The translations under genes and the position numbers were made by a program. A stretch of DNA of 64,000 bases, from NCBI GenBank assembly GCA_017530505.1, contig JAFXMI010000035.1:35383-99382 (forward strand), given 5' to 3'. This document shows, in pieces, positions 49,168 through 58,370 of the stretch (its first letter is position 1; every line of letters starts with the position of its first letter). The stretch comes from Clostridia bacterium (GTDB lineage Bacteria; Bacillota; Clostridia; TANB77; CAG-508). The notes under the pieces were generated by a model that saw only the letters and a program-made list of their open reading frames with translations, was not told where the DNA came from and did no database searches.

Positions 49168-50809
49168 TAGTGATTATTGGATTAAAAGAGCAGAAGAACT
49201 AAAAAAAGCCGAGATTATTAATGAATCAAAGTATGTAGAGCAATTAAAAAAAGAGTATGAAAGAGCTGTATTTGAAATTCAGAAAGAAACTAGAAATTGG
49301 TTAGCTCGATTTGCTGTAAATAATCAAATATCTTTAAATGAAGCAAAAAAATGGTTAAATGCAAATGAATTAAAAGAATTAAAATGGAATGTTAAAGAAT
49401 ATATAAAACATGGCGAAGAAAATGGAATTGATTTGAAATGGAAAAAGGAATTAGAAAACGCTAGTTCTAAATTTCATATTTCAAGATTAGAGTCATTACA
49501 ATTGGAAATTCAAAATGAAATAGAAAAATTATCAAGTAAAGAACAGATAAATACAGAAAATTTTATTATTGATACATATAAAAATACTTATTATAAGCAG
49601 GCTTATGAATTACAAAAAGGACATAATGTTGCTTTTCAAGTGGCAAGTTTAGATACAAGTTCAATAAAAAAAGTTATATCAAGACCATGGACGGCAGATT
49701 CTTATACATTTAGTGATAGAATTTGGAAAAATAAAAACTTATTATTAGATACTTTGCAAAAAGAATTAACACAGTCAATAATTAGAGGTAAAGCACCAGA
49801 TGAAATGATTGAAAAGATTTCAAAAGTTATGGGAGTAAATAAAAACAAAGCTGCAACTTTGGTAATGACAGAATCAGCATTTTTTTCAAGTGTAGCAAGA
49901 AAAGAATGTTTTAAAGATTTAGGTGTAGAACAATATGAAATTGTAGCAACTTTAGACTCACATACTTCTGATATTTGTAGAGAATTAGATGGTAAAGTAT
50001 TTAAAATGAGTGAATATAAAGAGGGGACTACCGCTCCACCGTTTCATGTTAGATGTAGAAGCACAACAGCTCCATATTTTAATGATGAATTTGAATTTGG
50101 AGAAAGAGCTGCAAGAAATGAAAATGGTAAGACTTATTATGTTCCAAGTAATATTACATATGAGGAATGGAAAGCAAAATATGTTGATAATTCTGAAAAA
50201 AGTGATATAATGACACCAAATTATATTAGGATGAATATAACCAATACATTTAATCCAAAAAATGAAGTAGAAGCAATAAATTCAGCTATAATGGAAATGC
50301 CTAAAAATGTTCAAGAAGATTTAAGGAATACTACAATTGAAATATTTTCAAAAGGGCAGATAATTAGGAATGGAAAAGAAATAAATGTTAGTTTTTATGA
50401 TAGAAATGAAGATGTTATTTATATTTATCAAGGAGCTAGTAAATCCGAAGTAATACATGAAATAGGACATTTAATAGAAACCAAATATAAAATATTAGAC
50501 AATCCAGAATATATAAATATTAGAAATAAAGGTTTAGAAAACTATTCAATATACTCTGTAAAAGATTTAAAAAATTATTCTAATATAAAAGGCATAAAAA
50601 GTAATAAATTTATATCTGAACAGCAAGGTAGGGTTTATTATAAAGATTTGATGGGAAATTCTTATATTGCTAATAATCAGAAAATTAATTTAAATTGTTT
50701 AGGAGAATATTTTTCGGAAGGATTTAGAGAATACTTTGAAAATCCAACAAATTTGAAATCCAAAGATATAGAATTATTTAAATTTATTGAAAGGAAATTA
50801 AATAAGTGA
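49151..50809 (+). CDS. MuF/SPP1-gp7-family minor head protein with C-terminal HExxH metallopeptidase-like extension
   Basis: MuF motif ..CRELDGKVFKMSEYKEGTTAPPFHVRCRST..; VIHEIGH at about 50456-50470. Confidence 0.7.
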   Translation: MMLMNNSDYWIKRAEELKKAEIINESKYVEQLKKEYERAVFEIQKETRNWLARFAVNNQISLNEAKKWLNANELKELKWNVKEYIKHGEENGIDLKWKKELENASSKFHISRLESLQLEIQNEIEKLSSKEQINTENFIIDTYKNTYYKQAYELQKGHNVAFQVASLDTSSIKKVISRPWTADSYTFSDRIWKNKNLLLDTLQKELTQSIIRGKAPDEMIEKISKVMGVNKNKAATLVMTESAFFSSVARKECFKDLGVEQYEIVATLDSHTSDICRELDGKVFKMSEYKEGTTAPPFHVRCRSTTAPYFNDEFEFGERAARNENGKTYYVPSNITYEEWKAKYVDNSEKSDIMTPNYIRMNITNTFNPKNEVEAINSAIMEMPKNVQEDLRNTTIEIFSKGQIIRNGKEINVSFYDRNEDVIYIYQGASKSEVIHEIGHLIETKYKILDNPEYINIRNKGLENYSIYSVKDLKNYSNIKGIKSNKFISEQQGRVYYKDLMGNSYIANNQKINLNCLGEYFSEGFREYFENPTNLKSKDIELFKFIERKLNK

Positions 50810-51422
50810 TTAGTAAAGAATTAAAAGAAAAAGTTTTAAAAGAAAAAAAATTGGATGTAGTATTATATTTATTAAAAGACTTTCAAAATGAAAAATGGGA
50901 TGATGATATAATAAAACACTTACAAGAAATTACTCCAGAAGATGATGATCCTATAAATAATTATAGTTATCAAAGAAAAAAATAAAAGTATGTAGTGGTG
51001 GAATAGACATATCTAGTTTAATATTAGATATGGTAAAACTAAATGGCGATAGCATCTTGCGTAATAAATCGCTAAATAGTAATAGTAGACACTCTTAAAA
51101 CTAACCCTGTTGTGACATTCAGGTACTCATAAGGAAAGCTGTTGTTAGTTATCTGAAGGCTTTTATGTTAGGTGCAAATCCTAACCTACATACAAGTTTC
51201 ATTTTTTTGTAGTATGGTTTTTGATGTACTTTAAACAGCAAAAACTCGCTTTAATAAAATATGTTATTAAATTTAGACATCTGAAAAATGGTGTCTATTT
51301 TTATTATAAAAAATTAGTCAAGAGGTAGACTTGAATAATTGCCTCATAATGTCTCAAATAACGGAAGATGGAGAACTACCTAAAAAAGCCTAGTAGGAGA
51401 GAATTATAAAAAAGGAGAAAAT

Positions 51423-52028
51423 ATGAAAACTGAGGATTTAAAAGCACAAGGTTTGACAGATGAGCAAATTAATTTTGTAATGGGTGAAAATGGAAAAGAT
51501 TTAAAAACATTGCAAGATGAAAATGCTACATTAAAAACCGAAAAGTCACAATTAGAAAATGACAAAAAGGTACTTGAAAAAGAAAAAAGTGAGAAAGAAA
51601 AAGCATATAATGATTTATCAAAAAATTCTATTAGTAAAGAAGATTATGATAAAAAGATAAAAGAAATTGAAGATAATGCAAAAAAGGAACATAACGATTA
51701 TGTTTTTAATGAATTACTAAAAGCAGCTTTTACAAATGCAAAAGTAAGAAATACAGAAAATAATATAAATGCTGTTAAAGGTTCTTTGGATTTAACAAAG
51801 ATTACAACTGATAAAGAAGGAAAATCTTTAATAGGTTTGCAAGAACAATTAGACGCTTTGAAAAAATCTGATCCACATTTCTTTGAAAATCAAGTTGCTG
51901 GAAATAGTGCAAATAATTCTGGTAGAAAAGAAGATGATGATGGTAGTGATATTAGTGTGGCTACTAATTTTGCTAAAGAAGCTAACAAAGCTGAAAGTCA
52001 AGAAACAAAAAGCCAATTTTTTAATTAA
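51423..52028 (+). CDS. Scaffold protein
   Basis: Coiled-coil, K/E-rich, upstream of the capsid gene. Confidence 0.5.
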   Translation: MKTEDLKAQGLTDEQINFVMGENGKDLKTLQDENATLKTEKSQLENDKKVLEKEKSEKEKAYNDLSKNSISKEDYDKKIKEIEDNAKKEHNDYVFNELLKAAFTNAKVRNTENNINAVKGSLDLTKITTDKEGKSLIGLQEQLDALKKSDPHFFENQVAGNSANNSGRKEDDDGSDISVATNFAKEANKAESQETKSQFFN

Positions 52029-52046
52029 TTTTAGGAGGAAAAAATT

Positions 52047-52352
52047 ATGTATGTAAATAAAGAATCAGTACAAGAAAAGAATTTTTTAGCTTCAGCTAAA
52101 TTTCAAAATTTTACTTATCAAGTAGATGACACAGGAATTACTGCAGATACAAATGGTAAAAAAATTGTAAAAGCAGGAACAGTTTATAAAGTAAATAATG
52201 TAGCTGTTGGTTTGGTTTTTGCAGATGTTGATGTAACACATGGTCCACAACCTGCAGCAATTATGGTAGAGGGATATGTTTTAGAAGCAAGACTTCCAGA
52301 AACTGTATCATCTACTGATAAAGCCGCAATGACAGGTATTAAATTTAGATAA
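52047..52352 (+). CDS. Small head protein (decoration, lambda gpD-like position)
   Basis: 101 aa between scaffold and major capsid genes. Confidence 0.35.
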   Translation: MYVNKESVQEKNFLASAKFQNFTYQVDDTGITADTNGKKIVKAGTVYKVNNVAVGLVFADVDVTHGPQPAAIMVEGYVLEARLPETVSSTDKAAMTGIKFR

Positions 52353-52416
52353 TAAATAAAACAGCTAGGAAGCTGTTTTTATTTTACAAAAAAAACAGAA
52401 AAGGAGTGTAATAATT

Positions 52417-53436
52417 ATGCCTAGAAGTGTATTAGAATTATTTAATCAAAAAGAAATTTTAAATTATTTAAAAGAAAGAAAGTTCCCAGCTATGATGGGT
52501 GAAGAATTGTTTCCAGAAGTAAAGAAACAAAGTCTAGAATTTGATATGCTAACAAATAATAGCAAAGTTCCAGTAATTGCATCAGTTCATGGATTTGATA
52601 CCGAATCAGAAATTGGACAAAGAGAAGCAGAAAAGATGGCTATTGAATTAGCTTTAATTAAAAGAAAAATGCAATTAAAAGAAAAAGAAATAATTGCATT
52701 AGAAAGTCCAAGAAACGATGCAGAAAGACAATATTTAATGAAAAATGTTTATAATGATTTTGACAATTTAATAGCTTCAGTAAGAGCAAGAGTTGAAAAA
52801 ATGAGAATGGATATTATTGCTAATGGAGCAATAACTTTGGATGAAAATGGATTAAGTGCGACAATTGATTATGGAGTTCCAGCTGCTAACAAAGTAACAA
52901 ATGTTGATTGGACATCTGCATCAGCTAATCCTATAAATGATATTCTTTCATGGTGTAATCAATTAGATAGAGTTCCAGGAAGGGTTATTACTTCAAAAAC
53001 TATTCTTGCAAAGATATTAAAAAATGCAAATATAACAAGTGCATTATTTGGCAACAACACAACTAGATTAGCTACTCCAGGAGAGTTAAATACTTATTTA
53101 GAATCTTTAGGATTGCCAAAAATTTATACATATGATGAAAAATACAGAAAGCTAAATGCAAATGGAACATATACTAAATACAGATATTTCCCAGAAAATA
53201 AATTCGTTATGATTCCTAGTGAAACATTAGGAGAGACGATTTATGGTCCAACAGCAGAAGAAATTAGACTACAAAGAGATCCATCAATAGATGTAAAAAG
53301 TGTTGGTAAAATATTTGCTTGTATGTATGAAGAAGGTAAAGATCCTGTTTCAACATGGGAAAAAGCAGTTGCTACAGCTCTACCTGCTTTAACATGTGCT
53401 GAAGATATTTTCCAAGCTACTATTACTTTAACTTAG
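52417..53436 (+). CDS. Major capsid protein (lambda gpE-like family)
   Basis: 339 aa, order scaffold - small protein - capsid, followed by a strong terminator. Confidence 0.6.
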   Translation: MPRSVLELFNQKEILNYLKERKFPAMMGEELFPEVKKQSLEFDMLTNNSKVPVIASVHGFDTESEIGQREAEKMAIELALIKRKMQLKEKEIIALESPRNDAERQYLMKNVYNDFDNLIASVRARVEKMRMDIIANGAITLDENGLSATIDYGVPAANKVTNVDWTSASANPINDILSWCNQLDRVPGRVITSKTILAKILKNANITSALFGNNTTRLATPGELNTYLESLGLPKIYTYDEKYRKLNANGTYTKYRYFPENKFVMIPSETLGETIYGPTAEEIRLQRDPSIDVKSVGKIFACMYEEGKDPVSTWEKAVATALPALTCAEDIFQATITLT

Positions 53437-53441
53437 TGAAA

Positions 53442-53466
53442 GGCTCTTTAAAAGAGCTTTTCACTA
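53442..53466 (+). terminator. Terminator after the major capsid gene
   Basis: GCTCTT-TAAA-AGAGC followed by TTTT. Confidence 0.4.
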
Positions 53467-53488
53467 TTATAAAAAAGGAGGAGATTGA

Positions 53489-53903
53489 ATTGAAAAAGGT
53501 AAAAATAATAGGACCAGGACGAAAATTAAATAACGAATGGCGTTATGATGGAGATGTTGCCATTATAACTGAAGAAGAGTATGAAAAAAATAAAGAAGGT
53601 CTAGAAGTTTTAGAAGAAATTGAAAGTTTAGAAGATAAAAAAAGAACTATAACATTAGAAATAGAAGATGAAAATATAGATTTAGATGAACTTAAAACTG
53701 CGATAGAAGAATTTATTAAAGATTATAACAAAACTCCAGAAAATTTTGTACAAAAAAATCCAACCGATGATAATTCAAAAGACGATGAAGAACTAAATGA
53801 GCTAAGAGAAAAAGCTAAAAATTTAGGAATAAAAAATGTTCATTCAATGAAAAAAGAAACTTTAATCCAGAAAATATCTGAAGCCGAGAATGAAAATGAG
53901 TAG
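53489..53903 (+). CDS. Acidic hypothetical protein with C-terminal Rho_N/HeH-like motif
   Basis: TTG start behind AAGGAGGAG; ..AKNLGIKNVHSMKKETLIQKI. Confidence 0.35.
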
Positions 53904-53911
53904 GTGATTAT

Positions 53912-54370
53912 ATGAATATTCTACCTGAAATAAGTAAGATGACAACAATAGATATTAATAGCCTTATGGATAGATTAAAGAAGGAATTGAGTGTAAAAAA
54001 TAAAGATATAGAAATGATATATTATGCTATATTTGACATATTTAATATTATTTTAGGAATTACTCATCAAAGAAAAGTAAATAATCAAATGTATACTATT
54101 GCATACAGAATGATTATAGATTATTGGTATCTTAATGGATATGATAAAAAGATGGAAGAAAGCAAAACAAATTATGATAAAGATAGTAAAAATAGCTTGC
54201 CAATAAAAAGTATTGCAATAGGAGATACAACTACTACCTTTGAAGATACATCTTCTAAAATAGAAATAAATGGTGTACATTATGATACTGAAGCAGTAAA
54301 TATAGCCGAAGATATAATTACAGAAAAATACAAAAAAAGGCTATATAAATTCAGGAAAATGAGGTGGTAA
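53912..54370 (+). CDS. Head-tail connector protein (putative)
   Basis: Position and size. Confidence 0.35.
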   Translation: MNILPEISKMTTIDINSLMDRLKKELSVKNKDIEMIYYAIFDIFNIILGITHQRKVNNQMYTIAYRMIIDYWYLNGYDKKMEESKTNYDKDSKNSLPIKSIAIGDTTTTFEDTSSKIEINGVHYDTEAVNIAEDIITEKYKKRLYKFRKMRW

Positions 54371-54371
54371 T

Positions 54372-54743
54372 ATGCCAAATTATATGAGTGCCGTAAGAAA
54401 AGCTATTGAAAGTCAATACGATAGTAAATGTGATATATTTGAAAAAAAGAAAATAAAAGATGTTAAAACAAAAATTACAACTTTTAAGGAAGTAAAAGTC
54501 TATCAGAATCAAAATTGTAGAGTATCGTTTGAAGATATTTATGTTGCAAATAATAGTGATACAGAATCTGTTGTGCAAGTAAAAATAAAATTATTTATTT
54601 CCCCAGATATAACGATTAATCCAGGATCTAAAATTATAGTTACAAAAAAAGGGAAAAAAAATACTTACATTAATAGTGGAATTCCTGCAGTACATGATAC
54701 ACACCAAGAAATAATTTTAGATGATTTTAAAGGATGGACTTAA
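54372..54743 (+). CDS. Head-tail adaptor (putative)
   Basis: Position and size. Confidence 0.35.
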   Translation: MPNYMSAVRKAIESQYDSKCDIFEKKKIKDVKTKITTFKEVKVYQNQNCRVSFEDIYVANNSDTESVVQVKIKLFISPDITINPGSKIIVTKKGKKNTYINSGIPAVHDTHQEIILDDFKGWT

Positions 54744-54746
54744 ATT

Positions 54747-55313
54747 ATGAGTAAATGGGGAAGCTGTGATTATAAACAATTAGAAAAGTTATGCAGTAAA
54801 TTGGAAAAAATGTCAAAATTCGATGTTCAAAAATTCTGTGAAGATGTAGCAAGAAATTTAGCTGCAAGATTATTAGCAAAGGTAATAAAAAGAACTCCTG
54901 TAGGAGAAGGAACTTTTGAAGTAATAAATGAAAATGGAATTCAAAAAAGATATAAAATAAAGAATGGTGGAACACTAAGAAGAGGTTGGACTGCAACAAC
55001 TCAAGCACAAGCAGAAAATGGAGAAAATATAGGTGCCAAAGAATATGCAGAATCATTAAGAATAGCAAAAATGGGGAATTATTATATTATTATAATAAAA
55101 AATCCAGTAGAATATGCCTCTTACGTAGAATATGGACATAGACAAGAGCCAGGTAGATATGTTCCAGCTCTAGGAAAACGATTAAAAGTTGCTTGGGTAC
55201 CTGGTCAATTCATGCTAACTAGATCAGAAAAAGAATTGGAAGCACAATTACCAAAATTAATAGAAAAACAACTAACAAAATTTATGGAGGAGTGTTTTAA
55301 TAATGGTTATTAA
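54747..55313 (+). CDS. HK97 gp10-like tail-component protein
   Basis: ..RTPVGEGTFE.. resembles the gp10 family. Confidence 0.4.
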   Translation: MSKWGSCDYKQLEKLCSKLEKMSKFDVQKFCEDVARNLAARLLAKVIKRTPVGEGTFEVINENGIQKRYKIKNGGTLRRGWTATTQAQAENGENIGAKEYAESLRIAKMGNYYIIIIKNPVEYASYVEYGHRQEPGRYVPALGKRLKVAWVPGQFMLTRSEKELEAQLPKLIEKQLTKFMEECFNNGY

Positions 55314-55749
55314 TAAAGTTATAGAAGGAATATCTTTAAAAATTAACGAAGTATTTGGAGAAAAATATGAAATATATGATGATAATACTGAACAAGGAAT
55401 GAATAAGCCTTGTTTTTTTATTAATTATTTAGACGGAGATGAATCAAGACAAATAGGACTTGAAAATAAAAGTTATTTAGATACATTGCATTTTGATATT
55501 ACGGGATTTGAGGTAGATGATGATAGAAAAAAACTAAATGATATGGCAGATAAGCTGTATGATTTAGAATATATTTCTTTGCAAGATAAGACTTTATTAA
55601 GAGCTGATAGTTTGAAACCAAGAATAAGTGATGGAGTTTTACATTTCTTTATTGATTATAGAATATTTATTGATAAAACAAATAATTCTCAAACACTAGA
55701 CAAAATGGAGAACATCCAATTAAATGAGGAGGTAAGAAATAATGCCTAA
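55303..55749 (+). CDS. Tail completion protein (putative)
   Basis: Position. Confidence 0.3.
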   Translation: MVINKVIEGISLKINEVFGEKYEIYDDNTEQGMNKPCFFINYLDGDESRQIGLENKSYLDTLHFDITGFEVDDDRKKLNDMADKLYDLEYISLQDKTLLRADSLKPRISDGVLHFFIDYRIFIDKTNNSQTLDKMENIQLNEEVRNNA

Positions 55750-55933
55750 AAAAAATGAAGAAGAAAATTCAGAAAAGACAGTTCAAAACTTTTTTTCAAA
55801 ACAGCAAATTATAAATTCTAAAAAATTTGCTTTAAATAAAGATTTTCTAAATGCTAATTTAGACGATAATAAACAATATACTTTAGATGAAGTAGAAGAA
55901 AAAATAAAAGAATTTAAGAAAGGAAAGGTGTAA
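55742..55933 (+). CDS. Hypothetical small protein
   Basis: 63 aa ORF. Confidence 0.3.
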   Translation: MPKKNEEENSEKTVQNFFSKQQIINSKKFALNKDFLNANLDDNKQYTLDEVEEKIKEFKKGKV

Positions 55934-55937
55934 GTTA

Positions 55938-57230
55938 ATGATTGGAGGAGGAACATTTACAAGTCAAAACAAAAAATTGCCAGGTGCTTATATTAATTTT
56001 GCATCTGCAAAAAATTCATCTTCTGGATATGGAGAAAGAGGAATTGCAGCCTTAGCTTTAGATTTAAATTGGGGTGAAGATGGAAAAATAATTGAAATTA
56101 CTGCTAAAAATTTTGTTAAAAATGCATTAAAAGTATTTGGTTATGAATATTCCGATGATAACTTAAAAGGTATTAGAGATTTATTTAAAAATACTGAAAA
56201 AGCATTTTTATATAGATTAAATAGTGGAAATAAAGCAAGTTGTACATATGGACAAGCAAAATGTTCAGGTACAAGAGGAAACGATTTGAAAATAGTAATT
56301 GCTGTCAATGTTGATGATAATACTAAATTTGATGTATCAACATATTTGGGAACAAAAGAAGTTGATAGTCAAACAGTTTCAAGTGCTGCAGGATTAGTTG
56401 ATAATGACTTTATTGTATTTACTAAAACAGCTACACTAGCAGTTACGGCTGGAACAGCTTTGACAGGTGGAACTAATGCAAACGCTACTGGTACAACATA
56501 TCAAAACTTTTTAGATTTATTAGAATCATATCAATTTAATGCTTTAGGTTGTTTATCTACAGAAGCAAGTATAATAAATATGTATATAGCATACACAAAA
56601 AGATTAAGAGATACTCTAGGAATTAAATTTCAAACAGTTGTCTATAATACAGCTGCAGATTATGAAGGTGTTGTTAATGTAAAAAACACAACAACAGAAT
56701 CTAATACAGGATTAATTTATTGGGTAACAGGTGCTATTGCTGGTTGTGAAATTAATAAATCAAATACTAATAAAGTATATGATGGAGAATTTACTATTAA
56801 TACTAATTATACTCAAGAACAATTAAAAACATCAATTGATGATGGAGAATTTATATTACATAAAGTTGGCGATGAAGTAAGAGTTCTAGTTGATAATAAT
56901 AGTTTAACAACTGTAACTGAAGAAAAAAATGAAGTATTTAAATTAAATCAAACAATTAGAGTAATAGATCAAATTGCAATTGATATAGCTACTACATTCA
57001 ATACAACATATATTGGAAAGGTACCTAATAACGAATCTGGTAGAATTTCTTTGTGGAATGATATAACAACATTGTTTAGAGAGTATCAAAAATCACAAGC
57101 TATTGAAAATTTTGAAGATAGTGATGTTAGTGTTGAAGCAGGAGAAAATAAAAAATCAGTTTTAGTTGATGTTGCTGTTGAAATAGTAGGTGCTATGGAA
57201 AAATTATACATGACAGTTGTAGTTGAATAA
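55938..57230 (+). CDS. Contractile tail sheath protein (XkdK-like)
   Basis: 430 aa, N-terminus MIGGGTFTSQNKKLPGAYINF; followed by tube and chaperone genes. Confidence 0.65.
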   Translation: MIGGGTFTSQNKKLPGAYINFASAKNSSSGYGERGIAALALDLNWGEDGKIIEITAKNFVKNALKVFGYEYSDDNLKGIRDLFKNTEKAFLYRLNSGNKASCTYGQAKCSGTRGNDLKIVIAVNVDDNTKFDVSTYLGTKEVDSQTVSSAAGLVDNDFIVFTKTATLAVTAGTALTGGTNANATGTTYQNFLDLLESYQFNALGCLSTEASIINMYIAYTKRLRDTLGIKFQTVVYNTAADYEGVVNVKNTTTESNTGLIYWVTGAIAGCEINKSNTNKVYDGEFTINTNYTQEQLKTSIDDGEFILHKVGDEVRVLVDNNSLTTVTEEKNEVFKLNQTIRVIDQIAIDIATTFNTTYIGKVPNNESGRISLWNDITTLFREYQKSQAIENFEDSDVSVEAGENKKSVLVDVAVEIVGAMEKLYMTVVVE

Positions 57231-57255
57231 TCTGTGAAAGGAGAATTGAAAGGTT

Positions 57256-57729
57256 ATGGAAAGAAATATAACGATGAATGCCAAGGATGTTTTGAGTGCA
57301 AAACTTGCTGAAGTATATGTAACAATTTTAGGTAGAAGATGGCTTTTATTTCAAGCTAAAAATTTTGAAGGAAAATTTGATAAAACCAAAAAAGAAGTTC
57401 CTATTTTAGGAAAGACTGGAACAGGAAACAAAAGTACAGGCTGGAAAGGCACTGGGAAAATGACAATCTATAAAAATACTTCTATTTTTGATGAACTTAT
57501 GGAGAGATATAAAAATACTGGAGAAGATATTTATTTTGATGTTCAAGTAACAAATGAGGATCCTACAAGTGATGCAGGAGCTTGTACAGTAATTTTTAAG
57601 GATTGTAATATAGATGGTGGTGTTCTAGCTTCTTTTGATGCAGATGGAGATTTTTTAGAGCAAGAAGTTGAATTTACATATGAAGATTTTTCAGCACCTA
57701 AAAAATTTAAAACATTATTAGGAATGTAA
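57256..57729 (+). CDS. Tail tube protein (XkdM-like)
   Basis: 157 aa after the sheath. Confidence 0.6.
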   Translation: MERNITMNAKDVLSAKLAEVYVTILGRRWLLFQAKNFEGKFDKTKKEVPILGKTGTGNKSTGWKGTGKMTIYKNTSIFDELMERYKNTGEDIYFDVQVTNEDPTSDAGACTVIFKDCNIDGGVLASFDADGDFLEQEVEFTYEDFSAPKKFKTLLGM

Positions 57730-57753
57730 TAAAAATAAAGAGAGGTAATAAAA

Positions 57754-58361
57754 ATGAGTAATTTACAGGCTTTTATGATTGAAGAAAAGGAAGAAATTTT
57801 TGAATATGTTGCTTCCAAAAGATTTAAAGATGATAATGGAAAACCAATGACATGGAAACTAAAATCAATTAATGCAAAGGAAAATGACCAATTAAAAAAG
57901 GAATGCTATAAGCAAGTATTAGTTTCTAATGGAAATAAGAAAGCATATCAACAACAACTTGATACTATTAAATATTTAGAATTATTAGTAGACAAATGCG
58001 TTGTTTTTCCTGATTTACATAGTGCAGAATTATTGGATTTCTATAATGAAATGAATTCTATTGATTTATTAAAGAAACATTTATTAAATGCAGCTGAATA
58101 TGATGATTTGGTTGCAGAAGTTCAAAAAATAAATGGATATGATTTAGTAGAGGCATCAGAAGAAGCAAAAAACTAATTACTGAAGGTGATTATGAAAGCG
58201 TGTATGCTCATTATTGCCTTCAGAAATTTCATAAATTTCCACATGAGTTTTTAGAATTACCATTTAAAGAAAGAGCTTTTGTAATTGGCTCAATTAACAA
58301 AAGATTAGAAGATGAAAAAAAACAAAAAGCAGAAATGGAAAGTAAAATAAAAAAGAAATAG
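57754..58361 (+). CDS. Tail assembly chaperone (XkdN-like) with programmed -1 frameshift extension
   Basis: Slippery heptamer A_AAA_AAC at 58167-58173, just before the stop at 58174-58176. The -1 frame continues open for about 60 codons (..KKLITEGDYESVYAHYCLQKF...ESKIKKK) to 58361. Confidence 0.55.
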
Positions 58362-58370
58362 AGTGGAAAT

